DNA of 64,000 nt from Octopus vulgaris (GCA_951406725.2 OX597814.1:42036001-42100000), one strand, 5' to 3'; shown: positions 27,832-40,223, counted from the first letter of the stretch. Notes: generated by a model not told the origin, from the sequence alone. Numbers and translations are program-made.

Positions 27832-28670
27832 ATGGAATTACATGGTCAGTTCTATCGTAAATCTAATAAATTCAAAATCAAGGAGCATCATTGAGGTGGC
27901 TCCAGGAGGGTGATGTAAAAAGAATAGTGAAAACTTAATAACCATGGCCCACGACCAGGCGTTGAATACCAACTCAGTGAAAAAGAATATATAACATACA
28001 AGTGCATCGGATCTCTACAGAATGTGTGAGAAGAGGGTCGAAAATGTGACTCACATTGCAAGTGCTTGTGAATGTCTTGCGCAGAAAGAGTATAAGCGTA
28101 GACACGACAAAGTAGCACAAAACCTCCAATGGCTACTATGCCGTAGGTATGGATATGAGGTTACGGGTGCTTGGTGCCAACATACACCGGAGAAGGTAAT
28201 AGATGAAAAGGAGGAGACAAAAACCTCTGGGAACTTGATTTCCAGACTGACAAAGGTTTCTATATCCGGCACCGGCAGCCGGATATGGTGACCTTTAGGA
28301 GGGACAAACAAGAGTGCCTAATAATTAACGTAGCAGTGCCAGGAGATCAGCATATCATCATGAAAGAAAAAGAAAAATTGATAAATATGGAGACCTGAGA
28401 TCTGAGATCGCTAGAATGTGGCAGCTACAAGAGTCGAACATAAATGTTATCCCTATTGTCATCGAAGCATTCGGTTCGATATCAGCTAATCTGAAGAAAA
28501 AAAAGACATCTGAAAATCTTAGCGATACACTACGATCTTGATGTACTGCAAAAGTCGACATAACATGGAGCTGCACGCAGATTGCCTAAAGTATTGTCCA
28601 TTTGAGGTCCTTGTCTTGACTTGAATATCTTCAATCCAAATCCTCATGATATGATATACTGTGCGACGAA
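27832..28670 (+). mobile_element. R4/Dong-like RLE retrotransposon, 5'-truncated copy 1 (CCHC knuckle + PD..D endonuclease)
   Basis: ELHGQFY...MCEKRVENVTHIASACECLAQKEYKRRHDKVAQNLQWLLC...HRQPDMV...CLIINVAVPGD...KYGDLRSEIARMW...VIPIVIEAFG. Preceded by (TAA)n, followed by (AGT)n. Confidence 0.92.
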
Positions 28671-28692
28671 TAATATTAATAACTACAACAAC

Positions 28693-28772
<80 letters not shown>

Positions 28773-28827
28773 CAGCAGCAGCAGTAGTAGTAATAGTAGT
28801 AGTAGCAGCAGTAGTAGTTATAGTAGT

Positions 28828-28861
<34 letters not shown>

Positions 28862-28862
28862 A
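28693..28862. repeat. (AGT)n/(AGC)n microsatellite between R4-like copies 1 and 2
   Basis: Read directly. Confidence 0.95.
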
Positions 28863-29797
28863 TACTTCTTTTCAAACTGTCTTGTTTAAGGATCTTTTTC
28901 TCTTATCTTCAGCTATGTGGTTAGTCTCATCCTTGGTCATCATTTCATTTGCATTTACACCAATATATTTCGTGGCGTATGGAAGCAGGTCTTTATCACT
29001 ATTTATAAAATATACGTCAAGCGTTCTTCTTCAACCCTTATACAATGGCCCATACTAATTCGTCCTCTGCTACCATTCTTTCATTCTTCCATATAGACTG
29101 TTTACGTTTGCAGTGCGATCAACATTCTCGTCCTTGTATCCAGTGTTGATATTACCTCCTCGGTCCATTTGAGGATGGACGCACTATATCTGACCACCGC
29201 AACTGTCTAGATATTCATTGTGGTAATAATTTTTTCTTTTTTTTTCATTCAGATTAGATTTCAACACCATCTTACCCTGTTATGATACGCCTCGATGACC
29301 TTGACATACATTTCTCTGTGTAGAAAGTAATCAAGCTCCAAAATTCCGAAATATCTATACCCACTACCGTCGGGTTCACCCTTGGACTGTCCTGATGGTA
29401 ACCGCTATCCTCTGAAGGCTGCTTTCCTCCCTCTTTTCATATTAAGTAGTGAGCATTTCGTAATACCAAATTCCATACCGATGACCCTACCATACTTCTG
29501 GACTATTTTGGTTAAGGAATGTATCAGTTTTTCAGATTTCCCAAATAATTACAGTTCATCCTTAAATAGAAGATAGGTCAATGATGAGCTTTTCGTCCCA
29601 CATCGGTAACTCATCTAAATTTTGCTAAGTGTCATTGTATGGGTATTAGTGCAATTACAAAATGAAACAGTGAAAATGTATCATCTCCGAAGATTCGCCT
29701 TTTAATATTAATTTCTCCAAGGAATACGTTACTTGAGTAAAATTTGGGTTTCCACTCTTTCATGCTAAACTTCACAAAATTTATGATGAGAATAAAT
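28863..29797 (-). mobile_element. R4/Dong-like copy 2, inverted 5' segment (RT domains 4-7 and thumb)
   Basis: IINFVKFSMKEWK...LGEINIKRRIFGDDTFSLFHFVIALIP (GIFQGDSLSP), YLLFKDEL*LFGKSE (FMDDLKL), IGMEFGITKC, GYRYFGILE, ending ...SLNKTV*KE. Confidence 0.9.
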
Positions 29798-29800
29798 GAG

Positions 29801-30640
29801 AATGCATGGACAGTTTGAAAGGAATACACAAGACGTTAAGTATAATGCAACATCGTGGGTATGGATTGAGCAAGGTGATTTGAAGCCTGATCATTGCTGC
29901 ACAGGACCAGACTCTCGCTAGGAATTCGGTGAAGCATAACATCTGTAAAACTTTTGACATCCAGAAATGCTGACTCTGTGGTAAGAGTGTGGAAAATGTG
30001 ACCCAATTGATAAGTAGATGCGAAAGCCTTGCACAAAAGGTATACAAGTGCCGCCAGGATAGTAATGTGTGTATCTTCATTGGTTCTTATGCTGTAAACA
30101 CTAATATGAAGTAACAGAGAACTGGTATGGGCATGTACCAAGTAATGTTATGCAGGAGGAGGGAACAGTAGCGACACTCTGGGACTATGATTTTCAGACG
30201 GATCGTGTAATTGAACACCGTCGGTCGGATATTGTCATATTGAATAAGAGAGACAAATACTGTTAGATCAATAACGTAACCATACTAAATGATATGAATG
30301 TTGTGAGTAAAGACGTTGAAAAAATACTCCGAATTGAAAGTGGAAATGGCAAGACGTATGGAATGCGATAGGGTAATGTAAAAGTGATACCAGTGGTGTT
30401 CGGAGCGTTGGGCTCAATCCCATTGAAACTTCAATACGTTTTAATGCAACTGGAAATGCTATACAAGATTTATGTATTGCAAAAAGCAGCCTTACTAGGC
30501 ACAGCGCACATCATATGTAATGTATTATCTGTCTGATGTCCTTGTTGTGACTTGAAAGATGACTTAAGTCTCAAGAGCATTTTTACTTACACTGTGTTCA
30601 CCTGGGCGGTTTCAAACGGACGGGATAGTATTGAAGCTAT
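29801..30640 (+). mobile_element. R4/Dong-like copy 2, sense 3' segment (zinc knuckle + RLE + 3'UTR)
   Basis: RMHGQFERNT...WVWIEQGDLK...IIAAQDQTL...KC*LCGKSVENVTQLISRC...WDYDFQTDRVIEHRRSDIV...VIPVVFGALG...LQKAALLGTAHII. The 3'UTR GTCCTTGTTGTGACTTGAA resembles that of copy 1. Confidence 0.92.
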
Positions 30641-30646
30641 CAAAAT

Positions 30647-31712
30647 CTAGGTGGTTACACTCCTTTGATATGGAGCAGGTGTAGTCACACGGAGAGTAGA
30701 TGAACTAAACAGCTTAGACAGAACGACCAGGTAGTTGATAACAAGATATGCGATACTACTCAAACAAAGTGACATATACATATTGTATATACTAAGAAAA
30801 ATGGGTGGAAGAGGACTTATTGGATGCGGACACAACATTAGAGCAGAAGAAAACAACATATCATGGTATGTAGAAAATGCCACAGAACCGCTATTATTTG
30901 ACGTAAGAAGGTCAGGCTTGTGTAAGATGAAAGATTGCAAAGACAAAGCGCTTTACAAGAAATAGAAAATAAATGAAACTGAAAATAGGTGGGCAAAGAA
31001 AAGAATTAATTGACAATTTCAGCGGGATGTTGAACATAAAGCAGACAGAGAATAAGGATGGCTGTGGATGACTAAAAGGGATTTAAAACCAGAAACGGAG
31101 GCTCTAATCTATGCTTCCCAAGAACAAACTACATATAATACTAAATAGATAAGACACTAGAAAGTGAAAAGTGCAGAATTTGTGGATAAATAGGGGAAAC
31201 CGTACATATTACCAGCCAATGTACGCCACGAATCCAGAAGGAATATAAGAGACGCCACGACAATATAGCAAGGCATGTTCATTGAACACTGTGCAACAAG
31301 TATGATCTTGACAGAGCAAAATATTGGTACGACCACAAACCCGATGGCATCATCGAAAATGATAATACAAAGATCCAGTGGGGTTTATGATTCAGTGCGA
31401 CGGTGATATAGAGAATAGAAAACCACACATAGTCTTATTTGTGAAAGAAAGCAAACTGTGCTGGGTCATAGATATGGCATGCTCAGCTGAGACTAAGTTA
31501 TGCGATAAGGAAGATAGAAAAGTCGATGACAGGTGAGCTTGGGAGTTTAAGTAGTTGTGGTCGATGTAAAAGGCGGTAGTATTACCAATCATTATCAGAG
31601 CACTGGGAACAGTGAGTACAATCTTGAGAAGTGCATAGAACAAATAGGGGCTACCATAAGGGTGGAGCATTTACGGGAAATAGTACTGCTTGGAACTGCT
31701 GAAATTATTGTA
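30647..31712 (+). mobile_element. R4/Dong-like copy 3, 5'-truncated
   Basis: YGAGVV...LDRTTR...LYILRKMGGRGLIG...WMTKRDLKPETEALI..SQEQ...KCRICG...QKEYKRRHDNIAR...ENRKPHIV...VLLGTAEII. Confidence 0.92.
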
Positions 31713-32702
31713 GGATGTGTTTGTGGTTTATACGTATTTCTTCCTTATTCACCAAACTCCTGAATACCCCGACTCTAAATGGACATAATTGTGAAAAATT
31801 CCCTTCGAATGCTAACCACTTGATTTAAAATTAAAAAATAGATTAATGCTCGGAAGCTCATATTGGATTAATGGTAATTGATATCATAATATTGACTCAT
31901 TTCATGTCACATATATTTATGTTTAGCAAATCTCCACTCCTGATGTTTACACACGCAATTATCTGCTAATATTATGCAGCTTCCAAAATATTAGATGTTG
32001 TACTTCTTTGCTTCACTATGCATGACCATTCATCAAATATTGCACGTTATACATACATTCAATTATTTTTATTGATACCGCTAGCGACACGATGTTAAAT
32101 TTGATGGAAAATGCAAACAAACACGAGCTACCCTGATTATTTTTTAATTCGTTTGTTTTCAACGAGAAAGTTGTGCCAATAATTTTCGCTAGTTCTCCCA
32201 TGCGAAACGTATGAGATTGATGCCGATAACGTTCCAGTGAAATTGACAACGACAGGAACGCTACGTACACGAAGGAAATATTATACTATCGACATTTTCA
32301 GAAGGAAAAAATGTAAAGCATTTATGACCGGAATATTTGCGATGCTCCAAGCAACATAGGTGATGAGAGAAAAAAACTGATGATTTATGTATGCTATATG
32401 GAGGCGGCACGAGTGTAGTAGACTCTGGCACACGGAGGTTCCTGAGGTTAAGTATAGTGAAAATGGCAGTAATATCTGTGGACCAGAGGATGCAATGTAT
32501 TTCTTATTTACATGATGACAAAAGACGAGGCTGCCTTGATAGGAATGCGGTATAAAGTATATATCTCACAGATGTAGATGGCGCTTACAACTGAACGTTA
32601 TTAGTTAGGAAATAAATTGTCTTGTTTGTTTGCAAAAAGATGCATGGGATATCAGATACCTTACTTTAATTTTTGCACAAAAGAATATATTTAAGAGACG
32701 TG

Positions 32703-33068
32703 GAATTATATATATTATTTACATTATTTACACAACGTTTCCAGCCTTCGTCAGATGTCTTGGAGAAATTTCGAGCCTGGGTCCTCATTTCTGCGGTATA
32801 TTTTTCGATGTTGTTATTATTATTATTTATATCACCACCATCATCATCATCATCATTATTATTATTATTATTATTACTATTATTATTATACAGGTCACTA
32901 CCTGGAATCAAACTCGGAATCATGGGTTTAGTAGCCCATTCTCTTAACCACTACGCTATAGGCCTGTGGGCACCTGATGAAGGCTGGTGGGTATATCAGC
33001 CGAAACGTTGTGTTAACAGCAAACACGATGAGAACAAAACTTCAAGTGTGAATAATGTTAATAGTGTA
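32703..33068 (-). mobile_element. tRNA-headed SINE-like element with hammerhead tail and an inverted tail copy at its 5' end
   Basis: Minus-strand head GGCCTATAGCGTAGTGGTTAAG...GAGTTTGATTCC (A and B boxes, 32964-32892), (AAT)n linker, body, then tail GACATCTGACGAAGGCTGGAAACGTTGTGT. A plus-strand tail copy lies at 32969-33068. Confidence 0.8.
32969..33014 (+). ncRNA. Minimal type-I hammerhead ribozyme motif (intact core)
   Basis: GGCAC-CTGATGA-A-GGCTGGT(GGGTAT)ATCAGCC-GAAAC-GTT-GTGTT: CUGANGA core, 7-bp helix II, palindromic ACGT helix III, helix I GGCAC/GTGTT. Confidence 0.75.
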
Positions 33069-33424
33069 GAAAAGAATATGTGTGCAGTTTATAGTGTTTG
33101 AAGAATCTTCCAATCTGGAAACAGAAATGATTAGTACAAGTAACGAGTAGATTTTATCTAAGATATTAGTGTCCGTAAATGAACACAGCAATGGCATATA
33201 CAGCGTAAAATATCACGGCCAAAATTACATTTCTTATGTCGTGCGCAAACCAGATTTTCTCTGTTACTTAAGAAAAGGCCGGGAACAATTTTAAATGCAT
33301 TCTTTCGATGGTGTTTTGATGTTACTGATGTTGCTAAGATTACAGCTTCCCCTCCTCTTTTTCCTCTCCTTCTCCTCTCTCCTCTCCTCATCTTCCTCCT
33401 CTTTCTCTGTCTCCTTCGCCTCAC

Positions 33425-33436
33425 ACAACAACAACA

Positions 33437-33527
<91 letters not shown>
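33425..33527. repeat. (CAA)n(CTA)n microsatellite
   Basis: Read directly. Confidence 0.95.
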
Positions 33528-33800
33528 AATATACAGGTTCTGAACCAGAATAATTTTTTCTTTGAGAGTAAACTGTTCCCGGCGGAAATAGATTTCAAGC
33601 TTTCTTCTTATGATCCCTGTTGTTCGAAGCAACGTGGTTTGGAATACGAGCTGCGGTGCCTCGCGGCTACTTTTGAGTAGTAACATGTCTCTCTGGAATT
33701 TGAGGTGGGTGGCGAGTAATTCGAACGCGTGTGTTTGAGTTACACGTGCTTCCTTTAATTTCCATATCGCTTTCAGGTTTTAGTCGATTGTACATTTTTT

Positions 33801-34023
33801 AACTCTTTTACTTGTTTCAGTCATTTGACTGCCGGTATTTAGGAGCACCGCCTTTAGTCGCACAAATCACCCTAGGTCTTATTATTTGTAAGCCTAGTAA
33901 TTATTCCATCTTTCCCTTTTGCCGAACCGCTAAGTTACGGGGACGTAAACACACCAGCATCAGTTGTCAAGCGATGTGGGGGGGACAAATGCAATCGCAC
34001 ACACACACACACGCACTCACACT

Positions 34024-34077
<54 letters not shown>

Positions 34078-34210
34078 CGACGGGCTTCTTTCAGTTTCTA
34101 CCAAATCTCCACTTACAACGCTTTATTCGGCCCAAGGCTACAGTAGAAGACAATTGTCACGCAGTGGAACTGGACCCCCTAACTACTTAACACACAGCCA
34201 CACCTGTGCC
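33801..34210 (-). mobile_element. tRNA-derived SINE (7777 family) with internal (CA)n(TA)n
   Basis: CTCTTTTACTTGTTTCAGTCATTTGACTG...GCCGAACCGCTAAGTTACGGGGACGTAAACACACCAGCATC...CACACAGCCACACCTGTGCC. Confidence 0.88.
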
Positions 34211-34399
34211 TATATTTATTTTCTTTTCCTAAATACTTTCTATATTCTTGCATCTGTTCCTAGAAATTCCTGTGTCAATAACGCCATGATTTTTATCTTC
34301 CTTCTGTTCTAACATATGGTCGCATTTTTATGAAAATACTCAACTATTTTTCATTATTTTACGTAGTTGTGTGTTACATACTGTTAGATCTCAATATTA

Positions 34400-36800
34400 A
34401 ACCCATCTTTCTTGTACAGTATTTCATAGAGGATCCTGGCCATGTTTTTATAATTTGGATTATATCAAATTTGTATTATCTTTCAAAATTCTGATATTAC
34501 ATGGAAAATTTACGCCTCCTCTTATAGATCTTTCTTAAGTCAATTTATGCCATGAGTTTGATCGTGTTGTAAACATGAGTCTATATTTTTCTTTCTCAAA
34601 ACCTTCTTGTAAACACTTCCAAAATAGGATATAGATGACTTCTGCTTCTTCTGTATCAATTTAAATTTTTTCATGTAATATATTCTGTTTTTATTTTCAT
34701 GCCACAATTTCTCTCTTTATTCTTATCTCGTTTTTGTTTGTTTGTTTGTATTCTTTTTCTCATTTCCACGAATGGTTTCTCATGTTGTAGTAGGCCATTT
34801 TAGATAAATGCGCATAACACTTTCTCAGTGGATTTTCTAATATATATGGCTGTTCACTTTCTGAATCATTTAGCCTTAGCAAATTTTCTGTCAGGTAATT
34901 AGCATTTGCTCTACAGCACTCACTCTGTGGGTGGTACTACTTGTTCCTTGTTAAGAGTTCTTTCATATTTTAATCACTATTTTGCAACAACAGTCTGCAA
35001 GACAACAATTCACATCCTGCAGATTACAAGTGTTAATACCAATCAATTTATAAATATTTATGGTGTTACTGTCATTGGGCTTTGATAAGGCCACTATTTC
35101 GATGTGACTGTAGTATTGGTTTGGACTATATAATTTCATGATGGTATAAATTATTTCCTCTGCTTCGAATGTACCGTGGTTTATCTATTATTTATTTGTG
35201 TCATCTTCCTCTGTAACCTTTTCAGCTCTCCTTACTACCTTTCCACGTTTCTATATACAATTACCACATTTCTTTACTCTGAACTCTATCTATATATTTA
35301 TAGTTAAAATTCTCATTGTATTTGTCAGACTTTTTAATCTGTTTTCATTACTTCTGTAGAGTTTTACATCATCCATAAAAATAGGATGATTTATTTTCGT
35401 TTCTTTTCATTTCCCCCAACACTATCCATTTTTTTTTATATATTTCGCAGAATACGAACCTTGGCACCAACCTTATTATGGAACAGTAGCGGCGAAAGTC
35501 TGTTACATTTAGAATGGTTTCTTCTTTTAAGTCCGCTAAGCTTTTCATCCCTTGTTGTAAGCTGGTTTTGTTTCCATGATTCATTCTCTCTGAGAATATG
35601 TTCAGGACATTATCTGCTATTCTACGCGTCAAGTAATTGTTGTCCAAGAGTGAGGTATCACCTGAAAAGACACACACGACAATTTGTCCACCATACTTTT
35701 TCCGTGTTTTATTATTTTGCAATATAAGGTAGTTAATGAGTATTTTTTTTTTTTAATCATTTGTGCCTCTTTTCAAGTCATTTTGTTCTTCGAAGTAGCA
35801 ATTTATTTCTTTCATGTTGGTTGTTCATTCATTCTGAAATAACTCCTGTCAAAATATTCCGCATTAGAGGAAAATATATGATACGTCAGGTGACATGCTA
35901 TATCGGATGTAATCCATTCACAAATTGCAATACAGGAGTGCAATCCTTCAATTATTTCATCCCACGTCACTGAATATCATCTCTTGCAGGAACATTCCAA
36001 TTGGCCAACATTCTATTATTTTATTTTCCATTCTTACTATATTTCCTTGCTTTTCCATTTTTATCCAACGTTTTCAATGTAATTTGTTCCTTTTACCAAA
36101 TATCAGTTCAGTATATTCTCATTCTAATATTCCCAGTGCTGATATGTGTCTCCTGTTCTCTTTATCGTATTATATTTTTCTGTGTAACGTTTTACTCTGG
36201 CATCATTTTTGTTTTATTCAAATTCTCAATAACTGTCTTCAACGCTTTTTATTTGATATTAATATATGTTCCTCTCAGCCCAACTGGCTATTTCTCTTTA
36301 AGTTACCAATTTTTTGGTCAATTCGACCCCATATTTCGCTTCTACAATTGATCTGAGTTTTTCACTCCATTTGTTCGAATTTTCAAACTAAGCATGTTTT
36401 CGACCACAATTGAAATTATTGCAATGAACGTGTCAGTTCTATGTTTATTGCGTAAATTTACGATAATACTTCCAGTACATACTTTGATACCACTTTAGTT
36501 CTTATACGTTTTAAATTTCATATATTTTGTCATTGTGCGGAAGATAATTCTCTCATCATTTCCTTTAGATGTGGTTGTATACTTCATTTAACTTTGTGTG
36601 GTCAGATGAGTCTGGGGTTTTGTTCATACTGATATCATTTTCAATATCGTTAACTTTTACGTCATTTGTTTCACCAACATCAAAATTATCAACTTCCTCA
36701 TTTTTCTCAATTACGTCTTGCGCTTTTACAGGAATTTCATCCAAATTTCTTCTAAGGAGAGTCTTGTCAAATATTTCTTCACTTAATTTGTCATATGTGG
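34400..36800 (-). mobile_element. Long, ancient R4/Dong-like LINE remnant including the RT core
   Basis: Minus strand VFSGDTSL (GIFQGDSL) near 35660 and KINHPIFMDDVKLYRSNENRLKSLTNTMRI...IEFRVKKC...KRGKVV at ~35400-35230. Outer boundaries are uncertain. Confidence 0.7.
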
Positions 36801-37274
36801 TCATATAATTTTTGACATTTATGTTACAACCGCATTACTAATTTCATATTGTAAACATTTGATTATGATATCTTTTTCATGTGGTTGAACTACGTAATCG
36901 CATTTCATTGTATGATTCATGTCGTCCACGTTTCATTTATTTCGTGTTTTCACTGAATGAATAAAAAAGGGATCATATATATATAGCTAGAAAGATAGAT
37001 ATAAAGAATATGAGAGTTTTAATACACGGGCGATCTAAATGAATAGGTACGCTGCGTAAGTGCTATAGTTGGTCGATCGTTGGGTTCCAAGATCACAGCT
37101 AAGACTGCTTCTAAAAATCTGTGTTTGGGTTTGTTTATAGCATGTATATATTATAATAGGTAGAAAATGAAAACCAAGGCAGAACGTGTATCTCATATCA
37201 TTTAGAATAATTTAATTAAACAAAGATAAATTTGAAATCTTACAGCCCTTTTGTTGAAAAACAAAAGGGGTTGG

Positions 37275-37610
37275 TTAGCAAGTCCGTGCACTATGTATAC
37301 CGTCTTCAGAGACATGGTATGAATATTTTAGATAGGGAAGATTTAAAGTGTACAAGGAATAAGATTCACAGTAAAATAGAAGAATAAAGAGTAAAAGTAG
37401 TTAGAAGAATATAGGCGAGAGAATAATTTTCACAGCACATCTTACTTCGGGGGATATGGATATTGGTCGGTACTTCCGTGAATATACAGGAGTTTAGTTA
37501 AATAAAAGCATGTATCTCCACGGTAGCACCTTGTAAACTGTAAATCTTCCCCGTCTAACATATATTCATTATTTGTCTTTGATGACAGAATACCTAGTGC
37601 TTGGGAGTTG
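37275..37610. repeat. ~80-bp inverted repeats (37275-37357 / 37528-37610), Penelope pseudo-LTR-like, with decayed HHR cores
   Basis: ATGAATATTTTAGATAGGGAAGATTTAAAGTGTACAAGG versus the reverse complement of CCTTGTAAACTGTAAATCTTCCCCGTCTAACATATATTCAT. Cores TGTCT-CTGAAGA (-) and TGTCT-TTGATGA (+). Confidence 0.65.
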
Positions 37611-37899
37611 AAGGAAGGATTGTGTATTACGCTAACTCTTCACCGAAGTGTTCCATACGTCGAGCTCTCGTGAAGACATAGGGTGATACGCATGCATTGT
37701 TATATGAATGCGTTGCATGCTATCTGCATTACGCTAATGAAGTTCAAGACAATTTCTTCTTCAATTCTCATTTGAATTACTTACTACTGCTCTACAGTCA
37801 ACTGCCTTTTTATTCTGAACCATATGTATATTAGATTCTAACGTAACTATATTAGTATCATTATGCTGAAAGAAAATATAGCCACTGCACACACTTTTT

Positions 37900-38056
37900 T
37901 TCTCTCCTTGTTATTTTCTGTGTCCCTTTCTGTAGAAGAGCGTAAGCTCGAAACGTAAAAGACCTTTTCTTTTCCTGAGCATTATACTAATACATCTTTT
38001 TTTTGTACACCACCTGTCTTCGTCCTTTGTTGTTGTTTTTTCGTAAACTCTCCCTA
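37900..38056 (+). mobile_element. Short non-coding element with HHR-like motif, ending in (TA)n
   Basis: CTTT-CTGTAGA-A-GAGC(GTAA)GCTC-GAAAC-GTA-AAAG at 37926-37961. Second partial copy at 6685. Confidence 0.7.
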
Positions 38057-38267
38057 TATATATATGCGAGGTATTGGTATCCAAAAAACGCACGGTGTTA
38101 GGTCACGCTATGTAAGCTATTGTAGGAATGTAGTTAACCTCTCGGTTCTGTAATGATACAAATGAGAAGTCTAATACTGGTCTTTTAGGAGCATGTATAT
38201 GTTAGATATATATGAGTCAACAAAGCCAAGGCTGTGTAGAGATTTCAGGACCTTTATAAAGAGAAAG

Positions 38268-39340
38268 GTATCTATTTTTTTTTCATTCGCAAAATATGCA
38301 TGTTTTTTAAAAAAAGAAGTAAGAAATCTAAAAATCGGTTATAATAATATAGGCTTCTGGTCTCATTACTATGAAGGTATGATGTTGTTGAGAAAAACAA
38401 ACTGGCGGAAAAAGTTACAGAGGTTTAAAAATCGAAAAATTTCTCTAGTTTTAGCTAATAGCGAGACTGAAATTTTCTGTGTTTAGCGGAGCGGTGACAA
38501 ATTTAAGGCTGTACACTGTAAAATTAATAGATTAGCGTCTGTGGTATGACCAGTCCATTGTAGGTTTGTAAATAAACAGAAATACTTAATAAATTCAACA
38601 TAAGTCATCTTACGATGTCTTTTGTCTCTTCATTGTATCGCTTTATAATATTTTTAGAATGTGTTATATCAATATATTCGTCTGCATGTGTTTCCTTTAT
38701 GCGTATTTCAGTATTATGTATACCTGTCATGTTTTGTGTACATCATTAATATGTAATTGTATGTGGATGTATGTATTCATATAGAAGATTATATATATAT
38801 ATATATGCATTCTTGTGTGTGTTTGAAGGGGGCGTCTATCTCCAAAACGTTTTCGTGCTTGTATTTTAAACTACGATAAGAATAACATATATGACATGAA
38901 CAATATGAAAAAAATACTAACAGTAAAAGCACAGGAAAATGCTAACACACAGGAGCACAGTAAAATATGTAATATACTGACACACAAAAAATTAAAACTA
39001 AAATCGCGAGTGAAAATGTATCGTAATGTGAAGAATCATGTTTATAAAATCAACATAGAAAAACGTGCGTCACAGACAACAGTTAAGTGAAACACGAAGT
39101 CGCAGACAACAGTGGAGTGAACCAAAACACAGCGTCCGGTTGTCATAGTAACATGCTGCTAATGCCACGCTAACTGTTGATTGGTTGAATTTACCAAGAT
39201 TTAATTCCAAATAACATCAGATTCTTTAATTTACGAGATTAAGTTGATCGCAATAAAAATCCAGGGTTGTATCGATACACTAAAATTTAAAGCAAAATTA
39301 AAGGGGGCTCATTTTGCGAATGAGAAAGACTAGGTCCTGC
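38268..39340. mobile_element. Putative non-autonomous TIR element inserted into a Penelope pseudo-LTR
   Basis: Subterminal inverted TCATTCGCAAAAT (38283-38295 / 39311-39323). Flanked by GAAAG on both sides. Flanks rejoin into sequence contiguous at 41880-41960 in reverse complement. Confidence 0.5.
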
Positions 39341-40223
39341 GAAAGTTAGCCTTACAGCTGTTTCTAGGATATTAGGTATATTACTTCATCAGCAAAGTGG
39401 TGTTTAGAAGTGGTATAAGTGATTCCTGTCCGTGGTATGTAAATTCCAATAGGTGTTCATATTTTGTCATCACAAATGGAAAGTGTGGAGACATAGATTC
39501 CGTATGCTGTTTAAGCATTGGGGCCTCGTGCTGTGAATGTAAATTTGAGAATATATTGATAGTATTAAAGAGATAGAGAGGGGAGAAAAGATGTGTATGT
39601 TAAAATGACGAGAGGGGTCAAAGGAAAAGATGAGAAAAGAAGGAAAATAGATGAAGAGAAAATGGAAAATGTGTAAGAATGTGTAAAATAAAAGTAAAAA
39701 GAAGAAATGGAGAAAAGAGTGTTATTTGGTGGTTAAGATATTAAAATGTGTTGGGAGAGGTGTAGGAGACGAGAAGGAAGATATAATTTAATTAATGAAT
39801 ATGCGTGAGGTGTGTGAGGGGAGGTCATATGTTTGCATGGCATTAAGGGATGCGTACAGAAAAAGGGTTCTTCTAATGTGAGTAGTAAACTACAAAAGAG
39901 AAGGGAAGGATACTATGTATAGTCAAGTTCCCATAAATAGAAATATTTGTTTATTCTACTGGCTAATGTGATAGGGTGGGTAGAGGAATCGGAGAGAAAG
40001 AAAGAAGTGTCTATTGATAAACGCACGCATACATGTACATATGTGTGTGTATGCATTATTATACAGTCCTGCGAACTTGTGAATTGAAACCCTTACGCAT
40101 GCATATATATATACACATACGCACGCATACATATGCACGCATGCATATGCACGCACATACTTATACACACACACACATGCATGCACGCACAGGCACACAC
40201 AAGCATATATATACATATACATA

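Noticed and set aside
32892-32964. Functional tRNA gene
   Set aside because: Acceptor stem and B box are imperfect and the sequence is embedded in a repeat; treated as a SINE head.
33570-33790. Locally CpG-rich patch as a possible promoter (also 45560-45800 and 53160-53340)
   Set aside because: No TSS evidence or linked exon; could be repeat remnants.
36565-36804. 79-aa acidic ORF that looks like a real protein
   Set aside because: Lies upstream of and collinear with the decayed R4-like RT on the same strand; more likely LINE N-terminal remnant than host gene.
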